The notes: generated by a model not told the origin, from the letters alone. DNA of 63,087 bases, filler included, from Octopus bimaculoides (GCF_001194135.2; 7 parts of 7 records of this genome joined end to end with filler, not necessarily neighbours in it); one strand, 5' to 3'. Shown: positions 1-12,503, numbered from the whole stretch's first letter. Program-made: numbers and translations.

Positions 1-62
<62 letters not shown>

Positions 63-102
63 ATACATATATATATATATACATACATATATATATATAT
101 AC

Positions 103-133
<31 letters not shown>

Positions 134-457
134 ATACAAAGAATGTATATGCATGTATACACACATATATGTACATACTTACATCTACATGTGTATATAG
201 ATGCATGTCAGGGTACAGGACGTTAGAACAATGAACTACAGACCACGGAACGAACACAGGAAAACAGATAGCCACTTGGAATTAATCCTTCGTCAGCTGC
301 CTCTATTCTAACTAGACGTTTCGAAGATAATATATGCATATATACATATATATATATACACATATATATATATGCATATATACATATATACACATATATG
401 CATATATATACATATATTCATATATAGATATATATACATATATATATACACATATAT

Positions 458-526
<69 letters not shown>

Positions 527-590
527 TATACATGCATATATATACACATGCACGCGCTGACACACACACACACACACTCACACATATACG
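1..590. repeat. (TA)n/(TACA)n/(CA)n microsatellite tract, interrupted at ~170-330 by a dispersed repeat
   Basis: Direct dinucleotide/tetranucleotide repeats; explains the YI/HI-rich ORFs at 308-615. Confidence 0.95.
170..330 (-). mobile_element. Dispersed repeat with PLE-terminal-like motif (family D); second copy at 43195-43370 (+)
   Basis: Minus strand reads TCTTCGAAACGTCTAGTTAGAATAGAGGCAGCTGACGAAGGA...AACGTCCTGTACCCTGACATGCATCTATA...CATGTAGATGTA. This aligns by eye to TCTTCGAAACGCTTAGTTTTAGAATGGTGGCAGCTGATGAAGGA...AACGTCCTGTACCCAGATATGCATCTATA...CATGTAGATGTA at 43195-43370. Confidence 0.5.
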
Positions 591-605
591 TATTTATCTA
601 TCAGC

Positions 606-816
606 AAGGCCGTGAGCTGACAGCTCGGTAGCACGCCGTGCAAAATGATTAGTGGCATTTCGTCCGTCTTTTCATTCTGATTTCATATTGGGGCGGGGTT
701 GGCTTTGCTTTTCGTCTTTACAGGGTCGATAAAATAAGTACCAGTTGAACGCTGTGGTCGACGTAATCGACTTGCTTCTTTCCTTGAAATCACTGGACTT
801 GTGCCAAAATTTGAAA
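606..816 (+). mobile_element. tRNA-derived SINE, family M (central domain resembles the MetaSINE domain), degenerate
   Basis: AAGGCCGTGAGCTGACAG...GGGTCGATAAAATAAGTACCAG...GTGCCAAAATTTGAA matches the family best preserved at 46288-46500. Confidence 0.8.
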
Positions 817-1140
817 TGAATTTTGTATTGATCAATTTCCTTTGAATACTTTTTTCAATTACTCTTCATTAGCAGTAATACCCGTCATTGATCGCTTAAT
901 TACTCTTTCTCAGGAGCCACATTCAAAGTGTTATCATATATATAGATTTACTCCTCTTGTGTGTGTGTTATTGATGTAGGAAAATGATCAATTTTAAACA
1001 TGAACTTCTTTTTGTTTATTATATAACAATAATAATAAGTGAGTTGTATGTGTTATTTTATATATCAATACAGTAATGACAATTATATAATACACAAGTC
1101 GGCACGGAACTGTAATGAAAGAGAAATGTCCAACATGATG

Positions 1141-1206
1141 CACAGTGGGACTGAACTCAAGGTGACATGGTTGGAAAGCAAGCTTCTCAACCACACAGCC
1201 ACGCCT
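1141..1206 (-). mobile_element. 5' head fragment of a CORE-type tRNA SINE (family C2)
   Basis: CAGTGGGACTGAACTC...TGGTTGGAAAGCAAGCTTCTCAACCACACAGCCACGCCT matches 57345-57395 and 58105-58160. Confidence 0.75.
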
Positions 1207-1337
1207 ATAAAGGAGAGATACATTTTGAATTATAAACTCCTTGATACAATATGCTTAACAAAAAGATGGGATGTTTACGGCGAGAAGACCTTTGATTTTA
1301 ATATTTTCTCGAGCAATGTAGCAACAACGCTACACCA

Positions 1338-1861
1338 TATTGGGTGTTCCNNNNNNNNNNNNNNNNNNNNNNNNNNNNNNNNNNNNNNNNNNNNNNNNNN
1401 NNNNNNNNNNNNNNNNNNNNNNNNNNNNNNNNNNNNNNNNNNNNNNNNNNNNNNNNNNNNNNNNNNNNNNNNNNNNNNNNNNNNNNNNNNNNNNNNNNNN
1501 NNNNNNNNNNNNNNNNNNNNNNNNNNNNNNNNNNNNNNNNNNNNNNNNNNNNNNNNNNNNNNNNNNNNNNNNNNNNNNNNNNNNNNNNNNNNNNNNNNNN
1601 NNNNNNNNNNNNNNNNNNNNNNNNNNNNNNNNNNNNNNNNNNNNNNNNNNNNNNNNNNNNNNNNNNNNNNNNNNNNNNNNNNNNNNNNNNNNNNNNNNNN
1701 NNNNNNNNNNNNNNNNNNNNNNNNNNNNNNNNNNNNNNNNNNNNNNNNNNNNNNNNNNNNNNNNNNAACACATATTAAGCATGATAAACATAAATAAAAG
1801 TGATTTTTAAAAAATGCATCCGATTTCACTCAAATCATCGTTAATTCTGGGACACCCTGTA
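1338..1861. mobile_element. Possible Tc1/mariner-type MITE spanning an N gap
   Basis: Left TATTGGGTGTTCC and right GGGACACCCTGTA (reverse complement TACAGGGTGTCCC) are imperfect inverted termini with TA ends. The interior is mostly N. Confidence 0.3.
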
Positions 1862-2539
1862 TCTACTCGTCCGACTAAAACGGGGAAGGTAACAAAGGGT
1901 GGGGGGACTAATTGCAGGTGGCGAGCGTAGCTTCCAGAAGTGGTCACGCGGTAAAATTCGATTCGTTGTGAGTCACAACAGTTAGCAGTTTGTTGTTTTT
2001 GTATGAACATTTTGCATTATATAGTTCAGACATGGATGACATAGAAAGCAGACATGCTGCCGGGCCATGCTGCGTTACGCAGGATTGGAAACGTGAAATA
2101 TCAACAAGGCACTTCTGAAGAATGGATGAATGGGTTTGTTGTGGTTTTACCCAACCGCACACAAACGCACATGGCCCTGTGGTGCGTGGGATGGTAACAC
2201 GAAGCACCAACAGGACGCCGACAAAAATTTTAATGTTCTTCTCATTTCCTCTGCCAAATTGGACAAAATGTTTCATGAAATATTATACGCTACTTATAAT
2301 GCATGTATAGTATCAATATTTTTTCGTCGGAACATGACCTAAAGCAAAGATGAAGCCCAGTGCAGTATACTCAAATCTGATTAATCTGCCTTTTTTTTGC
2401 GCGTGTGTGTGTGTGTGTGGGGGGGTCCATAGTCGGCGTCGGAAATGTTTTTTAGTCAACAGCAATTCGAGGAGCCTCATTAATGTTTGTTGCAAATTTG
2501 GAAGACAGCGAGTGGATACTCTTCAATTTACGGGACTTA

Positions 2540-2745
2540 ACGCCGCGAAAATGCTTTAAAAATGCGGTTTATCTGCCCCTGGGCCCGCATTAGGCAACAG
2601 GTTGAAAATCATTTGGGCTCATGACACTCCATGTACCCTATGTAACGCATGTGTAAAATTTCATTAAAATCAGTTGGGTGGATCTCGGGTTTTAACAACA
2701 TGACAAACACAGACACACATCCTGTGTTTTATATATATATATAGA
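2540..2745 (-). mobile_element. Helitron-type non-autonomous element, 5' end
   Basis: Minus strand begins A|TCTATATATATATATAAAACACAGGATGTGTGTCTGTG..., the same architecture as the element starting at 62722. The 3' CTRR end was not located. Confidence 0.5.
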
Positions 2746-3800
2746 TTATTTCTTTCTTTTAATTATTCTCCAATATTTCCTTCAGTTTTTCTTTCATTTA
2801 TACACCAATATTTCTTCCTTTTATTTATTCTCTATTTTATCTTTCTCTTAACCATTTTTGATATTTCTTTTAGTTAGTCTTCAAATTGTCACTCTTTATA
2901 ATTCAATATTTGTTCCAGCAATTCTCCAGTATTTCATTTACCCTGTTATTCTTCATTGTAACTTCAGTTATTCTTTAATTCAATAACTATTTCAGTTATT
3001 CTTTAGTATTTTTGTCTTCATCGATATTTCAGTAATTCTTTTAGTTATCCTTTAGTAATTATTTCATCTATCATTCTCGAGTATCTATTTCAGTTTTCTT
3101 TAAAATATCACCCATAAATTATTTCTCAATTTTTTTTTAACCAATCCTATTTGTCTTTAGGTTTGTTTTTCTCTTTTGTAAAATCAAATATATTTTCGCT
3201 TGAACGTTGGTTAGATACCAAAATTCCCACAAGTTTCAAAATCTGTTAAAAACATCCAAATATTGAAATTGACATGATTTCCAAGATCAGTTCGTCTTTT
3301 TTATTGGTGGTGGTGTTTTCGATTTTTGTTAAAATTCTTCTCTCCCCAGATTTTGGCTGAACTTAGTCTAATCAATTTGAAATTTCCACCAACTTGCTCA
3401 CATTTTGCATGGTAGATCTAATCCGTAATCCGGGTTGACTCCACCACATGACTCTTTGATGCTATTTGCTAACTCCGTTTTGTTACAAAAGATGAATTTT
3501 CTCTATTCTTCTCTTTCGTAGTCTTTAGTCATAAATAAAACTTACTCATACCAAATTCACAGGGTATGACTTTTGACATTTCCCCCCAAGTCATTCTGTA
3601 CATAGCATATCGATTGTTCTTATGTTTGTAGTAGAGGGGCAAATATGACGTTTATGATATTTTTACTTCCCAAAGAGCATTACGGAATTTAACAGACACC
3701 AATGACTCTCAGACTCGGCTGGTAGGGAGCTTCTCTCTTGCTTAATAATCAACACTTGAATTGGACTAAATATTAAAAAATGTTGTTAATGTAATTACAG

Positions 3801-4018
3801 ATGTGAAGAAATGGACAGTGACTGTCTACAACAGTGCCGACATCACAAACAAGCTGACTTTTAAATTAGTCGGAGTTACTGGTGCTTCACAGACACATTT
3901 TTTAAGTGAAAACGACAAAGATAGCACATATGAAAACAGATATAATTTTATCAGTTCTGATATTGGAGAATGGGATACTTTATGGATCGTCGTATACGAA
4001 AATATAACGATTAGAAAC
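3801..4018 (+). CDS. Internal coding exon, PLAT/LH2-like beta-sandwich domain
   Basis: Acceptor GTAATTACAG| and donor |GTAAGT bound a single open frame: (D)VKKWTVTVYNSADITNKLTFKLVGVTGASQTHFLSENDKDSTYENRYNFISSDIGEWDTLWIVVYENITIRN. The spacing V.V...KL.G..G.S...L......F...DIGE...L.I resembles PLAT/LH2. Confidence 0.6.
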
Positions 4019-5749
4019 GTAAGTAAAATTCAATTATTCCTAAGAGTGTTGTATTAATTGTTTAGCATCATATCAACTCTATAATTAAACACATTCTAGC
4101 TTTGTCACTCTTGTCTTATAGCGCTACATTATGCAATATATCTTCCTCTTTTCAAGACAGCCGGGTGAGTTTTGAATGAAATCTGACTGCCTTTTCTAAC
4201 AGATAGAGCGACCAAGTTGCATTCTTCTAAAACCCATGATGAACTAGATAAAAAATTCTCGAATATTTTAGTTTCAACTCAAATGCATACTGACTGAATT
4301 TGCAAAATACTTATTGAATATATTTTCCTTTGCTTCAACGTTTCAAAATTAGTGTAAACATCCGGTGCACTGATAATGATTTTAACATAGGAACAAGAAG
4401 ACAGATCTTCTAGGATGTGAGTATAAGCGATGAAAAAACCTAATAGCTAAGTAGTCCTTTATTTATTTTATCGATCCAAGGAAAACGAAAGTCAAAATTT
4501 GGAGAACAATTACTGGTAAGGGTCCTAGTCGATGTGTGCCATAATATCTTTATAATGAGATATTTTTGTTACTCCCTATTTATAAATGTTTGCGAAATGG
4601 CAGAATGTTAGAACAGTATTTATTCCCGGTTATTGGGTTCTGAGTTCAAATTATACAGAGTCCAACTTTACTTTTCATCTTTTCAGTGTCGAAAAAGTAT
4701 TAAACTAGGATGGTGGACTAGAGAGTCATTTGAACGTCGTATAAAATTCATTATAGCATTTCTTCCGGATCTTTGCATTTTGAGTTCAAATTGCACTGTG
4801 ACCTGCTTAGACTTATTACGTCACTCGGTTTAAGACCTTCATCTGGTTCTTTAGTACTTTTAAAGAAATTCACTTTGCAAGCATCCGACTAGGGTCTTCG
4901 GTTTGAAGATAACATTCTCTCCCCACTCCTCACAACAATCTGGAAGACCCTGCGGTGGTAGCCGTACGGTTATAGGCATTGACATAACCTTCTGACTAAG
5001 AAACGTACCTTTCCAAATATGGTATGTAGAGTAACTAACACTTCGACCTGTGCCATTTTTGGTGACAACAGCGATTCCATGCAACGCTATGCAGTGCCTC
5101 TTCTTTCACTCTTTTATTTGTTTAAGTCATTGGAGTGTGACCGTACTGGCGCATCACTTTCAACGGTTTAGTCTAATATATTGATCTCCGCACTTATTTT
5201 AGTCCTATACAGTTTGTCGAAGCGCTAAATTGTAGGATATAAGGCAATTTTTCAAGATGCCATATAGTGGGATCAAATCCGGACACGTAATGGCAGGGCA
5301 AATTTCTTAACGATGCGTTGTACCTCCATCTTTTTTTCTGCTTTGTTTTTCGGTTTTCTTTTCGAATAGAGTTAGGTTTATATGAAACATTAATTATTCT
5401 GTGATAGTTGATGAATTTGTTAATAAATTTTAGGTTGTATATATATGTGGAGAGCAATGCTGCTGAGGTTCTGTGTAGGTGCATTCAGGTACACGCCGTT
5501 CCATAACTGGTTATAACTAAACTACCAGTTAAATTATCACACCTCGCACAGATGAGGATCTCTACTAATCGATTTTATCAATCACTGAACCTTTCGATGA
5601 TAGGTTTCCTTGATAAGAAGTAGTCTGGTACTAAATCAACAATATCAACAACTAATTTGCGAAAAGCTTTACTTTTAAACATTTGTAAGTCCATATAAGA
5701 TGACAACCACAAATGAACAAATTAACAGTGTTGTATCTTATTTACTTAG

Positions 5750-5807
5750 GGATTTCAATTAATGTTCAATGAAAGCAGACGTCAGCATATGAATTTCACC
5801 GCACTTG
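5750..5807 (+). CDS. Candidate next exon of the PLAT-like gene
   Basis: TATCTTATTTACTTAG|GGATTT...GCACTTG|GTGAGA encodes GFQLMFNESRRQHMNFTAL. It starts in phase 0, compatible with the 4018 donor. Confidence 0.35.
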
Positions 5808-6129
5808 GTGAGAGCAGCACACGGAATAAACATTTTACAGTTCCTTGTACAAGTAAGTAATAAAGGCATTAAGCATTTCTCTCTCTCTCTTAATTAAGAA
5901 AACAGAGAAAAAAAACAAGAAACAACAACAACGCGAGGACTACTACATGCAAAGTATTAATGAGACGCTCAGAGAATGAAAGAAAGAATGGTTAGACATA
6001 GGAAAGCCCAAAAGAAAAGAAAGAGGAAGGAAAATATCGCCAACTGTTCACTTGCAGTTACATTTTTGAAATGACCGGAAGCAGATGACAAAGAGAAAGT
6101 GCTTTCTGGGACAGGAGAATGTGATGAAT

Positions 6130-7346
6130 GGTTGGTATCTGTGTGTGTGTGTGTGGGTGTGTGCGCATGTGTGTGTGTGTGTGGTGGCAAGTGTGCGTGT
6201 GTGTGATAGCGCGTGTGTGTATGGTAGCGTGTGTGTATGGTAGCGTGTGTGTGTGGTAGTAACTGAGTGTGTGTGTGTGTGTGTGCGTGGTAGCGTGTGT
6301 GCGTGTATTGGTAACTGGGTGTGTGTATGCGAGGTGTGGTATTAGCTGTTTACATGTGTTTGTTGTGTGAGTGGTCTGCGTGTAGCTGTTGATGTTGTAG
6401 TGAGAGATCAACATCTATGTTGACAGGTATAGGTGGTTGTGGCAGCGTGTGTGCGTGTATGTTTGCTTTTGCACGTGTGCGTAGATGGGATGGTCAGTAG
6501 TGAGTCGGGCAGTTTGAAGGGTGTTTGAGAGGCAGTCTGAAGAGTGTGTGAATGAGTGGGTGTGGACGTGTGTATGTGTTGGCATGTGTACGTAGACGGA
6601 GTGAGAATATGTGTATGTGTGTGTGTGTGGACGTGTATAGGTGCGTGTGTGTCCCACTCTCTCTGTGTCACTGTCTCTCTCTGTATATGTATGTGTGTGT
6701 GTGTGCTCGCATGTGCGCGTGGAGATGTGTGTGTATGTGCGCGTGAGTGACTGTGGAAGTGTATGTGGGTGTGTATGTCTGTACATGTATGTCTGTATTG
6801 TGTGCGTGGAGCTATATGTGGGTTCATGTGTGCGCGTGTGTGTGTGTGGGGTTACTTGTGTGCGCATGTATGTGTTGTGTGTTTGTTGTGTGTGTGGAGG
6901 TATATGTGCATTCGTGTGTTGTGCGTGCGTGTGTATGCGTGTGTGTATGTGCACCCTGCGTGCGTGTGTATGTGTGTACGTGTGTGAGAGGGAGAGATGG
7001 GTGAGGTAGAGTGTGGATGCGTTATCTGAAGGGTGTGTGTGAATGGGTGAATGTAGCTGTGTGAATGGGTGGGGTGGTGGGGTGTGTGTGTGTGTTGGCA
7101 TGTGTGCGTGGATGGAGTGAGAATGTGTATATGTGTGTGTGTACACATGTATGAGTATGTGTGTGTATTTATTTTTGTGTGTCATTCTGTCGCGCGCTCT
7201 CTCACTGTGTAAATGTGAGTGTATGTGTGTGTACCTATCTCTGTGTGTCACTCTGTTGCCTGTGTGGAAGTGTATGTACGTGCGTGTGCATGTGCGTATA
7301 TGTGTGTATGTGTGTATGTGAATGTTGTGTGGAGGTATGTGTGCAT

Positions 7347-7392
<46 letters not shown>

Positions 7393-7480
7393 AGGGTTGT
7401 GTGTTCATGCGTGTGTGTGTGTGTGCGTGCGTGAGAGGGAGATGGGTGGTGGTAGGTGGTGTGTGGTGTGTGGTATAGGA
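6130..7480. repeat. Degenerate (GT)-rich tract with an internal ~450-520-bp higher-order duplication
   Basis: Distinct words recur: GTTGGCATGTGT (~6578, ~7095), GTGGAAGTGTATGT (~6753, ~7264), GTGGAGGTAT.TGTGCATTCGTGTGT (~6894, ~7329), GTGAGAGGGAGA (~6983, ~7431). Confidence 0.8.
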
Positions 7481-7559
7481 ACAAGAGGTAAAATATTAAT
7501 ACAAATCATAAGTAGTACAAATAATACAAATAAGTAGAAACTGTAAAATAAAACCGAAT

Positions 7560-10160
7560 TTTTATTTAACCTCGATGGTCTACACAAAGAGAGGACGTTA
7601 CAAAAACAGACAAGGGGCTGGGGAACGAATGACTAACAACATGAAGTTAGAGATATAGTCGAGTGGATTAAAACAGAAATCCCCCAAACCACGTACCAAC
7701 ACTGAAACTTGGGTTTTTTTTCCTTTTGTCTCACTCAAGTAGATTCATTCACTCTCAACATGCTCGCAAGAATCTGCCATCTTTTCACGAATGCACTTTG
7801 CGACAAGCATCTCCTCTCCAGCCTTATTTTCCTTTTCAGGTGAAAAAGGAAAAAGTTAACCAACCCAAGGCTGGAGATGAAGATGCTCGTCGCAATGCGT
7901 TTCACTCGCGTCTTCCATACTACTTCCTTCATGATAGCCATTACATAGAGTAAACAAGCCTGCTCTTCCCTGTTCAGAGAAGTCGGCGGAACAATCTTAA
8001 TTATAGACTCGGATGATAGTTGTACTTTTCATCTCGTGACAGCAGTTGCTCGACATAAACTTATAGTGCCAAGATCTTCGGACACTGCACACCTGCGTGC
8101 AGAACAGTTTCACTGTTCTGCACACATCTTGGGCATGTTGGTGTGGATGAAGAACCATGCATGTAGAGTTTATCCCGAACAGGTGAGGCTCCTCGGTAAC
8201 ATTGCCATGCCAGGGACTTCTGTAAATTATCCATAGGCCCTGGCCCGAATGTTCTTCGCTACAGGCTGGCAAGCTGACCGTCATCGAAGTCCAGGGTTTC
8301 TCTTAGGGCATCATCACACTTGAACTCTATCAACTCTCTATAAAACGACGAGGTGGAATCCCCGCTACCGGCGTTGCCCGTTTGGGAGTGGAGCAAAAGT
8401 GCCTAACGGCACTCTGCTTGCCAAGCACCCAACTTGATCTAAGTGGTGAATGACAGAAGCAACAGTCTAATGAACGGAGATCACACTTACTCACCGTCAA
8501 GGTAGAGCTAGAGATGCCTCAGCCTCAGTGCATGCCTGAACATTTTTAGCCATGGCATCCCCAGTCTACCCTTCATCGGTTGTTAGCAGCAAATAGAGCG
8601 CCATACCAGAGGTCTCCTTCACCTCCACAAAAACGGAAGAGTATGCGTTCCAGCTTGTTCATCCACGAAGCTGGGCAAGGCACGACGGTCAGGCGGTAGG
8701 TAATTGTTGATACGATAAACACACCTGCAACCTCCGCCCTCCCTTTCAGAGATAGCTTCCGCTCAGACCAGGTCTGAGTTAGGAAAGCCACCCTACTCGT
8801 CACCTCACTCCAGTACTTCTCTATCTGGAGTTCTAGGCCAAACCAGACTCCTAACATTTTCATCGGTCCATCCAAATTCCCACGACGTTGTTGGGCGGGA
8901 TCGACTTGCAAGCCGACCGACTAATCCCAGTTAATTTTTGCTCCTGCCACCGCTTCGTAATACCTTATGGCCTTACCTACCCACTGTAGGTGGTGTTCAA
9001 ACCAGGGTACGATATCGGTGATGTCGTCCGCATACGTCAAAACCGATTCTCCACACCATAGATCTCGCGGGATGCCTCTCATAGCCTCCAACTTCTGCAG
9101 AAATGTCTCGAAGGCCAAAACATGCAGAAGTGGAGAGAGAGGATACCCTTGACGTACCGAATGCTCAATGCAGAACGGTTCCGAAAAGAAACAGTTCACT
9201 TAAACGATCGAATCGATGTTGCGATACAAATCAGTGATCCACCCACGGAAGGTGGGGTCAAACCCGGCCGCCGCAAGGACCGTTGCCAGATACTGATGGT
9301 CAACCCTATCAAACGCTTTAGATTGGTCTAAATGGACCATAGCCCCATCCTCTCCAGGAATTCTATTTACCCTCTTTAAGGTGTAGCGTATAAGATGGAG
9401 ATTGTCGTGAATCGACTTACTAGAGATGGCACAGGCTTGCATCTCCCCAATAAGTTTCCCCACGACCTGCGCCAACCTTTTTGCTAACACCTTGGCCAAA
9501 ATCTTCAGCTCTGCGTTAAGCAGAGTGATGGGTCGAAAATTATCAAGTACATTCCCCTTTTTGTGTCCTTTTTTAGCAGCACCACAACACCCCCACCCCG
9601 GCTCACAGACCGAGGAATGCTCCCATTCTGCTGCCAGTTGGTGTAGACGCATGCTACTAGGTGCCCAAACAAGTCTTGCATACTATAATACAATTCATAG
9701 GGGAGACCATCTAATCCTGGCAACCTGTCCTCGCCACAGTCCGATAGTACCTCCTCCTCCTCCGCAGTTGTGATCGGCCCTTCACAGCATTCCACTTCCC
9801 GCCCCGAGAAGCACGACAAACCGGCGAGGAAGTCCACGAGGCCCTTCCCACCCTCCGGTTCACTGCCCCTCCCAAAAAGATGGGCGAAATGCTCGTGAAA
9901 CTACCTTGCACATCTCCTCGGGTTCGTTTACTGAACGCTCATGTTGGTCCATCAAAGACCTTATTGTGCCACTATTGCCCCGATGGGTCTCTAACACACG
10001 GGCCCATCCGACAACGTTGATTTCCTCTTGTCGCATTGCACTAACTTAGCCCTGACAATACATCTTTCGTGTTTAGTTTTGAGATGTTGGTCGAGTGCCA
10101 TCTTCGTAGCTAAAATGCTGGATGCAGAGCCTGACCCCATAGCCATTTCTAGAGCCTTAA
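7560..10160 (-). mobile_element. 5'-truncated, frameshifted Tx1/L1-clade LINE (ORF2 RT + zf-RVT + 3' UTR)
   Basis: Peptides PGLDGLPYELY, NFRPITLLNAELKILAKVLAKRL, LDQSKAFDRVDHQYL, VRQGYPLSPLL, YADD, and zf-RVT VRDKL...CPRC...ETVLHA..QC (~8060-8200); AATAAA near 7560. No endonuclease domain seen. Confidence 0.92.
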
Positions 10161-10169
10161 CTAAAAGAT

Positions 10170-10470
10170 GAAAAATAAAAAAATAAATAGATAAACTAAA
10201 GATATCAAATTAAACAAGTAAAACAGTAGCAGAAATAAACTTATAAAAAAGACAAATAAAAAATGAATAAAAAAATAAATAAAAAAATGAATAAATGAAT
10301 GAATAAATAAACGAATAAAAAAACGAATAGAAAATTAATAAAAGATAACCGAATAAAAAATAAAGGAATAAACGATAAAAAATCGATAATAAACGATAAA
10401 ACTTATAAAAAATGAATGAAAATAATAAGTAAATGAGTAAAAATAAGATAGGGTAAAATGTTATTTTTTT
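10170..10470. repeat. A-rich low-complexity tract (AAATAA-like), probably PLE 3' flank
   Basis: Composition; lies directly downstream of the PLE ORF on the minus strand. Confidence 0.6.
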
Positions 10471-10489
10471 AAGGAAGGTGCAGTGACAG

Positions 10490-11157
10490 TCATTGCGAGG
10501 AGGAGTTTGTGTTGAGTCCGAAAGGAGTTTGGGTATGTAGAGTAAGAATGTAACGCTGCTCCAGGCGGAGTCTGGAGTTGGTGGATCCATTGCGTAGGGC
10601 AAGGCCGAAGACAGGGATATTTGAGGTGGAGTGGTTGACCAAACGAAAATCACGAGCGACGGGGGTGTTCGTACGTAGACGAACATCTCGTAGGTGGTGT
10701 TCGGTGAACCGGTCGGCTAGGCGGGGAGCATTGGACTAACGTAGAGTTTGTTCCAGAGGTTACACCTGAAGCAATAAATAAGGCTGGAAGAAGTACAGGA
10801 GAAGGCGTTCCTAACGTAGAGGATGTTCTGGTTGGATCCGGTGAGGTAGGTGGTGCTAAAGATGAAGGGACGGGTGTGGCAGCGTGATCTAGAGCAAGGG
10901 AAGGATCCGGGTTGGGTTGGAATGGAGTGGGGAAGTGCTACGGACCAGTAGATCGTGTAGGTTACGGGGGCATTTAAAGGAGGACAAGAGTGGGTTGAAG
11001 AAAATAGGGAGGGTGGTGGAATCTAGATGGAGGCAACCCCTCCACCTTACCACTCTGGCGAAGGGGTAAGGTGGAAGGGTGGAAAAGATGGGGAAAGGGG
11101 ATGCGGTTGGAGGATCGGTGTGGAGAAGGGTGGAAGGGTATCTGCGACGCATATATA
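10490..11157 (-). mobile_element. Penelope-like retroelement, GIY-YIG endonuclease end of ORF (frameshifted)
   Basis: Minus translation ...RNLHDLLVRS...FPCSRSRCHT...AFSCTSSSLIYCFRC...LYV..RLADRFTEH.LRDVR...PVA...LRLEQRYILTLHTQTPFGLN matches the PLE GIY-YIG pattern. Confidence 0.85.
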
Positions 11158-11257
11158 NNNNNNNNNNNNNNNNNNNNNNNNNNNNNNNNNNNNNNNNNNN
11201 NTTAATTAATTAANNNNNNNNNNNNNNNNNNNNNNNNNNNNNNNNNNNNNNNNNNNN
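11158..11257. other. Artificial scaffold-joining linker 1
   Basis: 44 N + TTAATTAATTAA (11202-11213) + 44 N. Confidence 0.97.
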
Positions 11258-11500
11258 GTAGCGGTGGTGCTGGTGCTGGCGGTAATGGTGGTCCTGGTGG
11301 TGGTGGTGGTGCTGGTGGTGGTGGTGGTGCTGGTGCTGGTGATGGTGATTGTGACGCTGGTGCTGGTAATGGCCACGGTGAGAGAGGAAAAGAAAGAATC
11401 TGAAGAAAAAACTGGGTTCTGCGAAGGAGAGTATTCTGTTGTTGTACTTGTTGTAGTTGTTGTTATAGCTGTTCCTGCTGCTTTTATTATTTCTATGTCT
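11258..11500. repeat. (GGT)n/(GTT)n low-complexity tract
   Basis: Direct trinucleotide repeats. Confidence 0.85.
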
Positions 11501-11663
11501 TAACCAATTTAGAAGGAACAACTCGTGTAGCATCTCCCCCCCTACTCCTTTTCAAGGATTTCCAAGACAGGTAAAAAGTGCTGAAGGAACTGTAATAAGT
11601 CATTGGCCTATTACTGTAGGAAACGACATATCAAAGATATTGGGTTCGTCTTCGATCATAAAC

Positions 11664-11764
11664 CTGTTCTGAAGGATTGAAATAGAGAGGACCCCCGTCA
11701 AAATCAAAAGAAAAAATACCCAAGGATCCAGTAATAGTGTTAGTAAACTGGACCAGAACGGATT
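11664..11764 (-). CDS. Candidate exon, unknown product
   Basis: Strong acceptor TTCTTTTTATTTTCAG|; frame (E)SVLVQFTNTITGSLGIFSFDFDGGPLYFNPSEQ; weak donor CAG|GTTTAT. An alternative hydrophobic frame NPFWSSLL...Q* is also open. Confidence 0.3.
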
Positions 11765-12146
11765 CTGAAAATAAAAAGAAGTGATGGTCATGGCTAGAAC
11801 GTCAGCGATCAAAAGCCTTCACGATCAGAACTGACTTAGTGTTATATAACTGTTCCCAGTTGAGGCACAAGTCCAGCGGTTTTGAAGAGAAGGTGGTTAG
11901 TCGACAACATTTGCCACTTTCACCCTCCCATCTACATGAGTGATACTTTAGATTTTTTTCGACTCCGAATGGATGAAAGGCAAAGTTGATCTTTGTAAGG
12001 TTCGAACTCAATACTGCAAAACATTTTGTTCAGCGCTCTACTGATTCTGTTTGTCCACCGACTTGATAGTCGTTGTCATCGGCTTTATCTCGTATCTGAG
12101 AATTTTGTTGCTTGTTTATAGTGATGGCTTTAATGACTCTGTACAC

Positions 12147-12503
12147 CAGTGGTTCCCAAACTTTTTAGAGGTGCGACCCACTATTTATGACACTAGTTTA
12201 TGGTGACCCACTTAACTCTACTGGGTCAAAACATTAATGAAAGAAACAAATTTATTTCAGATTACATTTTCATTGTGGCCTGTGAGAAGGATGAGCCTGT
12301 TTCTTGCTACGCTCAATAATAGAATTAAAAAAGCCTACTGCTTGATAAAACAACCAGTCTGGTATTGAAAACATGAGTCTTGAACTATCTCGATAGACAG
12401 CAGTTAATCAAAGCTAATACGTAATTTTATAACTTTTTGCGACCCACTAGGATTCCGTTCGCGACCTATCAGTGGGTCGCTACTCATAGTTTGGGAACCA
12501 CAG
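12147..12503. mobile_element. hAT (Charlie-like) MITE
   Basis: TIRs CAGTGGTTCCCAAACT / AGTTTGGGAACCACAG (1 mismatch) and internal repeated GCGACCCAC. The 8-bp TSD is degenerate. Confidence 0.8.

Noticed and set aside
308-615. YI/HI-rich ORFs (and similar ORFs at 6058-7537, 13491-13901, 18046-18579, 50871-51671)
   Set aside because: Translations of di-, tri- and tetranucleotide microsatellites.
1351-1766. All long X-containing ORFs across N gaps
   Set aside because: Artifacts of N translation.
1039-1797. 252-aa ORF with a plausible acceptor at 1073
   Set aside because: It runs through a SINE head fragment (1141-1206), a probable TIR and an N gap.
11202-11213. TTAATTAATTAA as a homeodomain site or regulatory palindrome
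   Set aside because: Always centred in exactly 44+44 N; an assembly linker.
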